Notes: a model not told the origin generated them from the letters alone. DNA of 61,121 nt from Alphaproteobacteria bacterium (GCA_020054105.1 JAGVLW010000013.1:1-61121), one strand, 5' to 3'. Shown: positions 1 to 8,729, counted from the first letter of the stretch. Numbers and translations: made by a program.

Positions 1-35
1 AAGTAATATAAAACTATAATTGCATATAAGTATTT

Positions 36-902
36 TCAGGCAGAAACATAATCTAAAAATTCTTTCACACGCTCCTTTGAAGTAAATGTACCTTTTATTT
101 CGTCATTATTAGAAAACACTACTATCACTTCATATTTTTGAAAGTCACCTGCAACTTTGTCAGCTTTAAATCCATCGATAAACTGTAACGCCTCTCCAAT
201 AGAGCTAAAAGTATTGGAATCGCCAAATAAAGGTAGAACTACTACACGCTTAATTACTCTATCTAATTTCTTTCTAAGGCTTGTAAAAAAATCCTGAAAT
301 ATTTTTCCATTGGCATCAAACAAGTGCTGCTTAAGAGCATCTCTTTTTGGGTTTGTTAGGGATTCAATCTGGCAGATGCAGCGTGCAAACTCACGATCTG
401 CCGTCTCTTCATCAAAAGAAGCATTAATACCAACGGCCTTAAAAGCTTCGACGATAGTCTCGTATGGAAGGTAAACAACATCAAATCCGACAGATTTTAG
501 CTGATCCAAAGATCCCTTAGTGAACACACCAGCCAACACGGCTCCTAGAAACGGTTGATCGCATTCATATTTTTCTGCAATCGGCAGAATAGCGCCTTGA
601 ATTTCCTGCGCCTTGTTTCTGGAGTGTTTTGTATAGCGTCTCCATGCCGCTTCAATGAACGCAACAGGTCGTCCACGTTTTTCTACGGCACCATCTTTTT
701 CAATGACAAAATCAAGATCATGAGCATTGCCGTATTTATCTTCCCAGTTAACCTTTGCTCCCTTGCGAACATTTTTGCGTTCACCATGCCTATCTAAATA
801 TAATCCTCGTTCGTCACAAAATTTCAGCAACACAGGAAGTAGAATTTCTTCCAACAGATTGCCAATGATTTGTCCAAACCTATGTGAAGGAGACTCTGCC
901 AT
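36..902 (-). CDS. Putative type II restriction endonuclease (PD-(D/E)xK-like)
   Basis: 288 aa, AT-rich, 4 bp downstream of a DNA methyltransferase on the same strand. The segment DLDFVIE...AFIEAAW resembles a PD-(D/E)xK catalytic core. Specificity unknown. Confidence 0.6.
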   Translation of the reverse strand: MAESPSHRFGQIIGNLLEEILLPVLLKFCDERGLYLDRHGERKNVRKGAKVNWEDKYGNAHDLDFVIEKDGAVEKRGRPVAFIEAAWRRYTKHSRNKAQEIQGAILPIAEKYECDQPFLGAVLAGVFTKGSLDQLKSVGFDVVYLPYETIVEAFKAVGINASFDEETADREFARCICQIESLTNPKRDALKQHLFDANGKIFQDFFTSLRKKLDRVIKRVVVLPLFGDSNTFSSIGEALQFIDGFKADKVAGDFQKYEVIVVFSNNDEIKGTFTSKERVKEFLDYVSA

Positions 903-906
903 AATA

Positions 907-2226
907 TTATCTTTTTACCCAAAGATACCCTTCCTTGAGCGGTACACGATGTTTACGGTTCTTCCATTTGATATTCCGATCACGAATTTTCTCGAATGTC
1001 CAAGAGCTAAACCCTGCGTCAACGGCTAATTCACCAAGCCATCTTTCAGCAGGAACGTGAATACCATAAGGCGCAGAGTCACCAATTACAAAACATACTG
1101 CCGCATCATTGGTGCAAAGCGGCAATAATGCTTGCCATGTTTTTGCTAAATCAACGAAGTATGCGGCCACCATTGTATGGTAGGTTTTTTTCCCTCCTTT
1201 GGTCTCTCGTATGTCTTGAAGATCAGTGCATACTGCAGTCAATTCATGTCTGATCGCTCTCACAGCCGGATCAGCTAAGAGATCACCTAACACTAATTTT
1301 TCTGCGGCACTGTGTTGAGAACAAGACCTTATAAGGCGATGGCGTACGGATTTCTGTAAATCACCCCAACCTTTTATTTCACCCCAAAATGTCATTTCAA
1401 GTCGAGTTGCATCTGCATAATCATAATTATTTGGGTATGGAGGTGATGTAAGAACGAGTTTGACTCTGCCCTTTATACTGCTGAGGGAATTAAGGTCTCT
1501 TGCATCACAGAACTCTAGTCTTGTATCTGCAATCGAACGTTGTCGTTTGGTATTCTGAATATCTTCACAAAAAAGCTTTATTCTTGCCATAAAAGCGGTA
1601 AAGGGATCTATCACTCGGGCTTTGGTTTTATTTGGCAAAATATATTGCCATTGTGCGGTGCCTGCTCCGCTGCATTCGCGCAGGATAGCCGTAATAGCAA
1701 GCCAAAGCAGTTCATTTGAATTTTTTGTAGCGCCATATGTATCGAGATAAGCGTCTCTGAGTGCCTCTAATCTAGCCAATGCGACGGGATTATAGCATTT
1801 TATAATCAACTCCGATTCTGATGCAGGTGCAGCTTTTAATATGGATTTTGCCTTTTCCAATAATTCTTCTGCATCTGAGAAGAGTCTTTCAGTAGGGATA
1901 TTCCAAGATAATTTTGCCTTAGCGATTCTACATATAAACGGGTGATATTCTGTGCCAGCCGAATTGACCCCGACTGATTGGGCTGCCAATAAAGTGGTGC
2001 CGGAACCAGTGAAAGGATCAAAAACATAGTCATCTGGTTCAAGATTCTGTTCCAATATCGTGCGCTTAACCCATTCAGCGGAGAATCCTGCCGAATATCT
2101 AAACCAGCGATGTATTGGAAGAGACATATTATCAGTAAAAGTACCGGCACGAGCCAACCTTAACCCCGCCTTCTTTGGCAGAACAACCGTCTCTTCTAAA
2201 AAATCAAATGTAGACTGCTGAAACAT
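907..2226 (-). CDS. DNA methyltransferase, N4-cytosine type (SPPY), motif I before motif IV
   Basis: SAM-binding motif FDPFTGSGTT precedes the catalytic motif LTSPPY. SPPY is typical of m4C MTases. ATG at 2226 (the track uses TTG at 2229). AT-rich compared with the rest of the window. Confidence 0.85.
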   Translation of the reverse strand: MFQQSTFDFLEETVVLPKKAGLRLARAGTFTDNMSLPIHRWFRYSAGFSAEWVKRTILEQNLEPDDYVFDPFTGSGTTLLAAQSVGVNSAGTEYHPFICRIAKAKLSWNIPTERLFSDAEELLEKAKSILKAAPASESELIIKCYNPVALARLEALRDAYLDTYGATKNSNELLWLAITAILRECSGAGTAQWQYILPNKTKARVIDPFTAFMARIKLFCEDIQNTKRQRSIADTRLEFCDARDLNSLSSIKGRVKLVLTSPPYPNNYDYADATRLEMTFWGEIKGWGDLQKSVRHRLIRSCSQHSAAEKLVLGDLLADPAVRAIRHELTAVCTDLQDIRETKGGKKTYHTMVAAYFVDLAKTWQALLPLCTNDAAVCFVIGDSAPYGIHVPAERWLGELAVDAGFSSWTFEKIRDRNIKWKNRKHRVPLKEGYLWVKR

Positions 2227-2321
2227 CAATAAAATCCCCTTAATTTACGAGCATATACCAGCCATTTATTTTAACAAGCGCATATACCCCATTCTGTTAG
2301 AAAGATGAAAAAACAGCCAAC

Positions 2322-2382
2322 CTCATTTCCGGATGAGTAATTACCTCCGAAGGAGGTAATAAAATTGTCCGCCGACAATTTT
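2322..2382. other. Three back-to-back hairpins between the EVE gene and the MTase
   Basis: CTCAT-ttccgg-ATGAG (2322-2337), ATTACCTCC-gaa-GGAGGTAAT (2340-2360), AAAATTGTC-cgcc-GACAATTTT (2361-2382). Confidence 0.6.
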
Positions 2383-2406
2383 GACGGCGCAGGCCTTATT
2401 GCTGCC

Positions 2407-2826
2407 TTATTTTATTCCGCCCATCGCGCAAATAAATTGCCATTGCGCTTGCGTTACCGGTTGAACGGATAGGCGGGCGGAAGTTATAAGCGCCATTTTG
2501 GCCAGGCTCAGCTCGGCTTTGACATGGGCCAGCGTGACCGGCTTTGCCAGGGATTTTATCGCCTTGATATCGACTGCTACCCACGGCTCGCCGGCCTTGG
2601 CGGTGGGATCGGGATAATGCCCGCGAACGATCTCGACGATGCCGACAATTTCCTTGCCTTCATTCGAATGATAAAAAAATCCGCGGTCGCCGCGCTTCAT
2701 CGCCATCAAATTTTGTTTGGCAAGATGGTTACGCACGCCGCTCCAGAAAGTGCCATTGGAGCCGGCGGCCAACTGCATGTCCCATGACCAGCTGGAAGGT
2801 TCGGATTTAAAAAGCCAATATTTCAT
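2407..2826 (-). CDS. EVE domain-containing protein
   Basis: N-terminus MKYWLFKSEP and motifs WSGVRNHLA, GDRGFFYHS and RLSVQPVT are EVE (PUA-like) family signatures. ATGA overlap with the upstream gene. Confidence 0.92.
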   Translation of the reverse strand: MKYWLFKSEPSSWSWDMQLAAGSNGTFWSGVRNHLAKQNLMAMKRGDRGFFYHSNEGKEIVGIVEIVRGHYPDPTAKAGEPWVAVDIKAIKSLAKPVTLAHVKAELSLAKMALITSARLSVQPVTQAQWQFICAMGGIK

Positions 2827-3404
2827 GGTGTCGCCGGCGGGGTCGTGGGCGTGGCATTGAGAATGGTGGGCGGCTTGCGAAACAGCTTATATTGCACTTC
2901 GTCGCCGGGCGCAATGGCGAGCGATTCGCTGGCGCCGCCTTTTAGAAACAGGAAAGCCAGGATCGGGCTGGCGGGATAAATATCTTCCTGCAATTCCGAC
3001 AGGTTGATATTGGGCAGTATCTGCGTGATTTTGCCCTCGCGGTTGACAAATAATATATCCAGCGGCGAATATTGCGTCGCCGGCGAGATCGGCGCGACGG
3101 TAGGAACGGCGAAAACTATCAATATGCCGCTTTTTTCCGACGGGCTGCTTAAATTGAACCAGCCTTTCTGGTTGTAGAGGCTTGCCGCATCGCGTACTTC
3201 CACATCGAAAATCAGGTTCGCGTTTGCGGTTGCCTGTCCTTGCGGCAGCCACGGCAACACCGGCTGTGCCGGTTCGGATATGTGTTTTCTGGCAATGATG
3301 ATATGGGTGCGCGTATAGGTCAGCGGCAGGGATTCATCGGCCATCGCCGCGCCGGGAATGACCAGGGCCAGGAAAAGCAGGGCTTTTGAAACGACGCGCA
3401 TCAT
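2823..3404 (-). CDS. DUF192-like exported protein (divergent paralog)
   Basis: Start moved to ATG 3404 (ATGA overlap with the upstream stop). Signal peptide MMRVVSKALLFLALVIPGAAMA. PLDILFVNREGKI and LAIAPGDEV match the DUF192 motifs PLDMIFID..GKI and IKVGDRI of its neighbour. Confidence 0.7.
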   Translation of the reverse strand: MMRVVSKALLFLALVIPGAAMADESLPLTYTRTHIIIARKHISEPAQPVLPWLPQGQATANANLIFDVEVRDAASLYNQKGWFNLSSPSEKSGILIVFAVPTVAPISPATQYSPLDILFVNREGKITQILPNINLSELQEDIYPASPILAFLFLKGGASESLAIAPGDEVQYKLFRKPPTILNATPTTPPATP

Positions 3405-3862
3405 GGCTTGAAATACTCGCTGATTATCCGGTCGCCGACCTTGATGTGTTTCTCCGCCGCCGTGCCGGCGATAACCTCCAATACTCCGTGCGCGGGCTTT
3501 ATGGAAGAGATAACCGTTTTGGAATAGGGTTCGGTATTGGCCGCGATATGCACGATTTTCCCGGCGGCATCGATGAAAATCATATCCAACGGCAACTTCG
3601 TGTCTTGCATCCACATGGTGATTTCATGTTCGCCGGAAAATATGAACAGCATCCCGCGATCTTTTTCCAGTTGTTGGCGGTGCTTGAGCCCATATTGCTG
3701 CTGGCGGGGGGTAAGGGCGAGCTCGACATCGTAGGGGTAACTATACGCCGATGTTTTTATGGTGACCTTGCCGGTGGTGAATTGCGGGGGGGACGTATCG
3801 CCGCCAAGCCATATCAAGGCGACTACCATAGTCAATAACAGGAGCTTAATGATGATGCGCAT
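3401..3862 (-). CDS. DUF192 domain-containing protein
   Basis: YGLKHR, GMLFIF, MWMQDTKLPLDMIFID, VLEVIAG and IKVGDRI are DUF192 signatures. N-terminal hydrophobic anchor. Confidence 0.9.
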   Translation of the reverse strand: MRIIIKLLLLTMVVALIWLGGDTSPPQFTTGKVTIKTSAYSYPYDVELALTPRQQQYGLKHRQQLEKDRGMLFIFSGEHEITMWMQDTKLPLDMIFIDAAGKIVHIAANTEPYSKTVISSIKPAHGVLEVIAGTAAEKHIKVGDRIISEYFKP

Positions 3863-3944
3863 AATTATGACAGTTTGATGAATTTTACGGCGATTTCATG
3901 GAAAAAACTAGGACATCCCCTGGTTTTTATATATAATAAATTTC

Positions 3945-4967
3945 ATGAGCACGATACGTTTTTTTAGCGGGTCGAGAGAGTTGCGCAAGGGCGGCATCGC
4001 TTCCGAGCAAATGCGCTTTGAGATCCAGAAAAAGGGCAAGCTGCCCGCCGGCGAGCGTTACAAGCGCATGCTCAAGAAGAAGCTGGAAGAAAATAAGCAA
4101 AAAGTCTATGGCGGGCAGGGGCAGGGATTTTCCCTTTCGCAGCCGATCGTGCGCAAGATGTCCAAGCGCACCGAAAATACCCTGAAGGAAATAGCCGCCA
4201 GGAAAGCGGCCAAAGAAGCCAAGGCCATGCGCAAAATGGTGGTGGTGACGCCGCGCGTTTACCCTAACGGGCGCATCACGCAAAAGGGCCAAATATATGA
4301 CATGGTGGGTAATTCGGTCGCCAGGGTCAATACCAAAAACGGCAAGATCCAGACGCAATGGGGCACTTATATCGGCAAATACAAACCGAAATCCTATTTC
4401 ACCGACATCAATATCCAAAACGCCATCAACCTCCACAGCCCGTATTTTATCCAGCAGCGCCGGCTCCAACAGCAAGGCGTGAACCCGGTGCTGGTGCATG
4501 GGCCGATGGGAGCGGCGGAGACCGTCAACATCTACGGCAAGCAAAGCCAGGAAGCAGCGCCGCTTACCTATGAAAACACCTATGGCAGCAACCCGATCGG
4601 CCCGCGGCAGAACATTGGCGTGACCGCCTGGGGCGCCGCCAGCGACAACGTCTGGGGAACCTTCGCCGACAATGCCTGGGGCCAATCCGCCGATAACGTC
4701 TGGGGCACCAACAGCAGCGACGTTTGGGGCGGCATCGGCCCGGGCAACCTATGGGGCATGCGCGGCCCGCATATCTGGGGAACCGGCAGCGGCAAGAACT
4801 ATATCAAAGGCATCAGCAACGCCATCGCCGCCCTGTTCGGATTCTCCACCAAGAAGAACCGCGAATCGCTTGCCACCTACCGCGCCTCGCGTGGCTCCGG
4901 CGGCGGTGCACGGACCGCAGCCCCGGCAACGCGTGCGCCCAGCGCCCCGGCTCCTACCCGCCGCTAA
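3945..4967 (+). CDS. Hypothetical basic protein with tandem 8-residue WG repeats
   Basis: 340 aa ORF with host-like codon usage, Lys/Arg-rich N-terminus and 7 regularly spaced WG motifs (SDNVWG, ADNAWG, ADNVWG...). TATAAT at 3932-3937 lies 7 nt before the ATG. Confidence 0.8.
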   Translation: MSTIRFFSGSRELRKGGIASEQMRFEIQKKGKLPAGERYKRMLKKKLEENKQKVYGGQGQGFSLSQPIVRKMSKRTENTLKEIAARKAAKEAKAMRKMVVVTPRVYPNGRITQKGQIYDMVGNSVARVNTKNGKIQTQWGTYIGKYKPKSYFTDINIQNAINLHSPYFIQQRRLQQQGVNPVLVHGPMGAAETVNIYGKQSQEAAPLTYENTYGSNPIGPRQNIGVTAWGAASDNVWGTFADNAWGQSADNVWGTNSSDVWGGIGPGNLWGMRGPHIWGTGSGKNYIKGISNAIAALFGFSTKKNRESLATYRASRGSGGGARTAAPATRAPSAPAPTRR

Positions 4968-5731
4968 TTCTTTTTTTCGCGATGTACCGCAAACGGCGAG
5001 AAGGCCTGCTGCGTCGGCATGATTTCCACGCGGTTGATGTTCACATGCGCCGGTTGCGTCACCGTCCATAGAATAGTATTGGCGATGTCCTCGGCGGAAA
5101 GCGGCTGCATGCCGGCATAGACGCTTTCGGCTTTCGAAGCATCGCCGCGAAAGCGCACGGTGGAAAATTCCGTATCGCACATGCCCGGCTCGATATTGGT
5201 GACGCGGATGTTTTTGCCCAGCAGATCGGCGCGCAAATTCAGGGAAAATTGGGTGATGAACGCCTTGGTCGCGCCGTAGACATTGCCGCCGGGATAGGGA
5301 TAGGTGCCGGCGATAGAGCTTAGATTGACGATGTGGCCGCCATTGCGCGCGATCATGCCCGGCAGCAACGCATGGGTGCAATACAGCACGCCGTTGATGT
5401 TGGTTTCGACCATCGTTTCGACGTCGTCGAGCTTCTGTTTTTCATACGGCTCCAGCCCCAGCGCCAGCCCGGCATTGTTGATGAGAATGTCGATCTTGGA
5501 AAATGCCGCGGGCAGGGAGGCAATCGCTTTTTCCACTGCCGCCTTGTCGCGCACGTCGAGCATAACCACATGCACTGCGCCGCCCAATTCTTTTTGCAAC
5601 TCATCAAGCCGGTCGGCGCGCCTGCCGCTGGCCACAACCTTCGCGCCGTGCGACACGAACAGCTTCGCGCAGGCCAGCCCGAAACCGGCGGTTGCGCCGG
5701 TGATGAATACGATCTTTCCTGAAAGCATCAT
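4964..5731 (-). CDS. SDR family NADP-dependent oxidoreductase (YdfG-like)
   Basis: TGATAGFG nucleotide-binding motif, NNAGLA, catalytic YGATK, and RVTNIEPG. ATG at 5731. Confidence 0.9.
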   Translation of the reverse strand: MMLSGKIVFITGATAGFGLACAKLFVSHGAKVVASGRRADRLDELQKELGGAVHVVMLDVRDKAAVEKAIASLPAAFSKIDILINNAGLALGLEPYEKQKLDDVETMVETNINGVLYCTHALLPGMIARNGGHIVNLSSIAGTYPYPGGNVYGATKAFITQFSLNLRADLLGKNIRVTNIEPGMCDTEFSTVRFRGDASKAESVYAGMQPLSAEDIANTILWTVTQPAHVNINRVEIMPTQQAFSPFAVHREKKN

Positions 5732-5741
5732 ATGCAAGAAT

Positions 5742-5832
5742 AAGTCGTTAGTTGATAGTCGTTAGTCGTTAGTATATGCATGGGCACAGCAGAATAACAA
5801 GCTATAGACTAATGACTCACGACTAACGACTT
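5742..5832. repeat. Heptamer-built palindromic element (AGTCGTT family), copy 1
   Basis: Left arm agtcgtt-agttgat-agtcgtt-agtcgtt-ag. The right arm gactaatgactcacgactaacgactt is its imperfect reverse complement. Fills the divergent SDR/ccmC intergenic region. Confidence 0.85.
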
Positions 5833-5834
5833 TT

Positions 5835-6545
5835 ATGCATACATTCGCTTCCCCCTCCCGTTTCCTCCGCATTGCCGACAGGCTGTTGCCGTGGCTTGTA
5901 GCGGCGACGGTCGGGCTGCTGGCTTTCGGACTTTTACAGGCGCTCTTCATCTCGCCGCCGGATTACCAGCAGGGCGATAGCGTGCGCATCATGTATGTGC
6001 ATGTGCCGAGCGCCTGGATGAGCCTGATGATTTATTCGGTCATGGCGGCTTCGAGCGCGTCGTTTCTCATCTGGAAACATCCGCTGGCGGATATTGTCGC
6101 ACGCGTATCGGCGCCCATCGGCGCGGGCTTTACCCTGATTACGCTGGTGACCGGCTCGCTGTGGGGCAAACCGATGTGGGGCGCCTATTGGGTGTGGGAT
6201 GCGCGGCTGACTTCGGTGCTCATCCTGTTTTTTCTTTATATCGGCTATATCGCCCTGTCCGACGCCTATGCCACCATCGAGCGCGGCAAGAAAATCTGCG
6301 CCGTGCTGGCGCTGGTCGGGTTCGTCAATATTCCGGTCATCCGCTTTTCGGTGGATTGGTGGAATACGCTGCACCAGCCCGCCAGCATCGTCCGCTCAGG
6401 CGGCATCGCCATCGACCCGTCCATGCTGGCGCCGTTATTTAGCATGGGCGCGGCGTTTTTCTGCCTCTATGCGGTTTTGTTGATCGTCAGGGTCAAAACC
6501 GCCCTGCTGGAGCAGAAAATTCGGCGCTTGCAGTTTAGTCGTTAG
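5835..6545 (+). CDS. ccmC: Heme ABC transporter permease CcmC
   Basis: PPDYQQGDSVRIMYVHVP, WWD-domain motif WGKPMWGAYWVWDARLTS, and WWNTLHQ. Confidence 0.95.
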   Translation: MHTFASPSRFLRIADRLLPWLVAATVGLLAFGLLQALFISPPDYQQGDSVRIMYVHVPSAWMSLMIYSVMAASSASFLIWKHPLADIVARVSAPIGAGFTLITLVTGSLWGKPMWGAYWVWDARLTSVLILFFLYIGYIALSDAYATIERGKKICAVLALVGFVNIPVIRFSVDWWNTLHQPASIVRSGGIAIDPSMLAPLFSMGAAFFCLYAVLLIVRVKTALLEQKIRRLQFSR

Positions 6546-6621
6546 TTGCAAACCACATGAACACGCGATATATAGGCGGTCCGATTCATTCCTAACGACT
6601 AAGGACTAACGGCTAATGACT
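6535..6621. repeat. Heptamer-built palindromic element (AGTCGTT family), copy 2
   Basis: Left arm ttagtcgttagttg overlaps the ccmC stop. Right arm ctaacgactaaggactaacggctaatgact overlaps the fdxA ATG. Confidence 0.8.
6546..6574 (+). promoter_or_regulatory. Putative sigma70 promoter of fdxA
   Basis: TTGCAA-N17-TATATA, located between the arms of the heptamer palindrome. Confidence 0.55.
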
Positions 6622-6948
6622 TTCGTTGTCACCGACGCCTGCATCAAATGCAAATATACCGACTGTGTGGAAGTCTGCCCGGTGGACTGTTTCTATGAGG
6701 GCGAAAATATGCTCGTCATTAACCCCGACGAATGCATCGATTGCGGCGTGTGCGAGCCGGAATGCCCGGTGGAGGCCATTCTTCCGGAGTCTGACGAGAT
6801 GCTCAAATGGGTGGAGCTCAACCGCGAATATGCCGCCAAATGGCCCAATATCACCGTGAAGAAGCCCGGCCCGGCCGATGCCGACAGCCATAAGGGCGAG
6901 GCGGGCAAGTTCGAAAAATACTTCAGCCCGGCGCCCGGCGGCAGCTGA
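6616..6948 (+). CDS. fdxA: Ferredoxin FdxA (7/8Fe)
   Basis: [29 protein letters not shown] and [12 protein letters not shown]. Upstream of carD, as is usual in alphaproteobacteria. Confidence 0.95.
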   Translation: MTFVVTDACIKCKYTDCVEVCPVDCFYEGENMLVINPDECIDCGVCEPECPVEAILPESDEMLKWVELNREYAAKWPNITVKKPGPADADSHKGEAGKFEKYFSPAPGGS

Positions 6949-7124
6949 TTCGACAAAAACCGGCCTTCCTACAACTAATTCCTTTTTTTTTCGTTAATTT
7001 TGTGGTATGTTGATGCTCGTTTTAACCAAGCACGCTACCTAATGGTGTGTTTTGTATAAACATATACCAGATGTAGTTAACCGATGCGTAATTTTGCATC
7101 ACTTCTACCATAAGGGATCAAACT

Positions 7125-7970
7125 ATGAGCAAGAAGTCAGCAAAGAAAAAAATAGCTAAAAAATCCGTAACGGGAAAAAAAGTCGCTGTAAAAGCGAAGA
7201 AAAAGGTTGTTAAGCCGTCGGTTAAGAAGAAAGCCATCGTGAAGCAGGTAAAGAAGCCCGCTCCGGCCAAGAAAATAGCCGCCAAAAAACCCGTCGCTAA
7301 AAAACCGATCGCCAAGCCGGTTGTCGTAAAAAGCAAAGTGAAAAACAAGGTGGTTGCCAAGCCCGTGGCAAAGCCGGTTGCAAAACCCGTCATTGCCAAG
7401 AAAGCGCCGGACCTCAAAGTCGTGGTCCAGCCGAAAATATTATACAAGGTCGGCAACTACGTGGTGTATCCGACGCACGGCGTCGGCAAGATCATGGCTG
7501 AAGAAACCCAGATGATCGGCGATATCGAGCTGCGCATGCTGGTCATCTCGTTCGAGAAAGACAAGATGACCCTACGCGTGCCGGTCTCGCGCGCCGGTGC
7601 TGCCGGTTTGCGTCCGATCAGCGGCGTCGAGCAGATGAAAAAAGTATTCATCACGCTGAGGAGCAAAGCCAAGATCAGCCGCGGCATGTGGTCGCGCCGT
7701 GCCCAGGAATACGAAACCAAGATCAATTCCGGCAACATCATCTTCATCTCGGAAGTCGTCCGCGACCTCCATCAGAATGTCGATCAGTCGGAACGCTCTT
7801 ATTCCGAGCGCATGATCTATGAATCGGCGCTCGCGCGCCTGGTAGGCGAATTGGCCGCTGCCGAAGGCACCGACCATAAAACCGCTACCGACAAGCTGAT
7901 GAAGCTCCTGCGCGCCAAGGTCGCGGCTGCGAATGCAGCGGCTGCCGAAGCGGCGAAAGAAGCGGCTTAA
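7125..7970 (+). CDS. carD: CarD/CdnL family transcription factor with long Lys/Ala/Pro-rich N-terminal extension
   Basis: CarD motifs YVVYPTHGVG, MTLRVP, WSRRAQEYETKINSG and SYSERMIYESA, preceded by about 100 aa of histone-H1-like low-complexity sequence. Confidence 0.9.
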   Translation: MSKKSAKKKIAKKSVTGKKVAVKAKKKVVKPSVKKKAIVKQVKKPAPAKKIAAKKPVAKKPIAKPVVVKSKVKNKVVAKPVAKPVAKPVIAKKAPDLKVVVQPKILYKVGNYVVYPTHGVGKIMAEETQMIGDIELRMLVISFEKDKMTLRVPVSRAGAAGLRPISGVEQMKKVFITLRSKAKISRGMWSRRAQEYETKINSGNIIFISEVVRDLHQNVDQSERSYSERMIYESALARLVGELAAAEGTDHKTATDKLMKLLRAKVAAANAAAAEAAKEAA

Positions 7971-7989
7971 GAAAAATCGAAATGACAAG

Positions 7990-8018
7990 AAAAAGCGGCC
8001 TTCGGGCCGCTTTTTTTT
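7990..8018 (+). terminator. Rho-independent terminator after carD (possibly bidirectional)
   Basis: AAAAA-GCGGCC-ttcg-GGCCGC-TTTTTTTT. Confidence 0.9.
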
Positions 8019-8034
8019 ACAAGTAAGATAGATT

Positions 8035-8601
8035 ATGAAAACAGCCGTGTTAAATAAAGCCTCTTTAACGAATTTCATTAAATATCTGCGTATTCTTGCA
8101 GGCGTAGGAGGATCTCCCAGTGAAAATTTTGAGCAGGATTTCTTTGCATTGCCTGCTGGAGAACAAAGAATTGCATGTATCGTAGCTCCTATTATGTCAA
8201 GAGCCTTCGATAAGGTTGCAACCACTCTTGAATCCAGGCAGACCCTAACGCATGGCGAGTTTGAATCAATGACAATGGCTGCGGTGAATGCTGAAACCAG
8301 GCAGTTTTCTTTAAATACAAGAAACGAAAAAATTCTAATTGAATTATCACGGTTGGTAAGAGAACAATCTCCTGAATCAAAAGCACTGTTAGAAGAAGGA
8401 GAAGCATATATACAGGAGCGATATCCTGATGCATCTATCCAACAAAGAGCCAGTCTAGCATTGGTACAAAAATCAGTAGGCGCGACTCGACAGATGTTTG
8501 ATAGTATTTCGAGCGTTTTTAATGAAATTGCCGGGGAGCAAGCTCATCAACCGCCCCCTGGCGACCACCCCTCAAGGACCCGTTTCAAGAAACGAAAATA
8601 A
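8035..8601 (+). CDS. Hypothetical protein (AT-rich orphan)
   Basis: 188 aa ORF with no recognisable motif and basic C-terminus RTRFKKRK. Confidence 0.65.
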   Translation: MKTAVLNKASLTNFIKYLRILAGVGGSPSENFEQDFFALPAGEQRIACIVAPIMSRAFDKVATTLESRQTLTHGEFESMTMAAVNAETRQFSLNTRNEKILIELSRLVREQSPESKALLEEGEAYIQERYPDASIQQRASLALVQKSVGATRQMFDSISSVFNEIAGEQAHQPPPGDHPSRTRFKKRK

Positions 8602-8729
8602 TTAGGCCGTTTTTTGTGGTTGTCATAATTCTTTCACATTACTTAGCCCCTGGAATGACTTATAATTAGCCCATGCTAAAGACATTGACGCTTTATCCCA
8701 AAGAAAAACCGACCATTCTCAACAAGTAG

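Noticed and set aside
7077-7091. CtrA box upstream of carD (TTAA-N7-GTAA)
   Set aside because: A one-mismatch match in an AT-rich spacer can easily occur by chance, and there is no supporting context.
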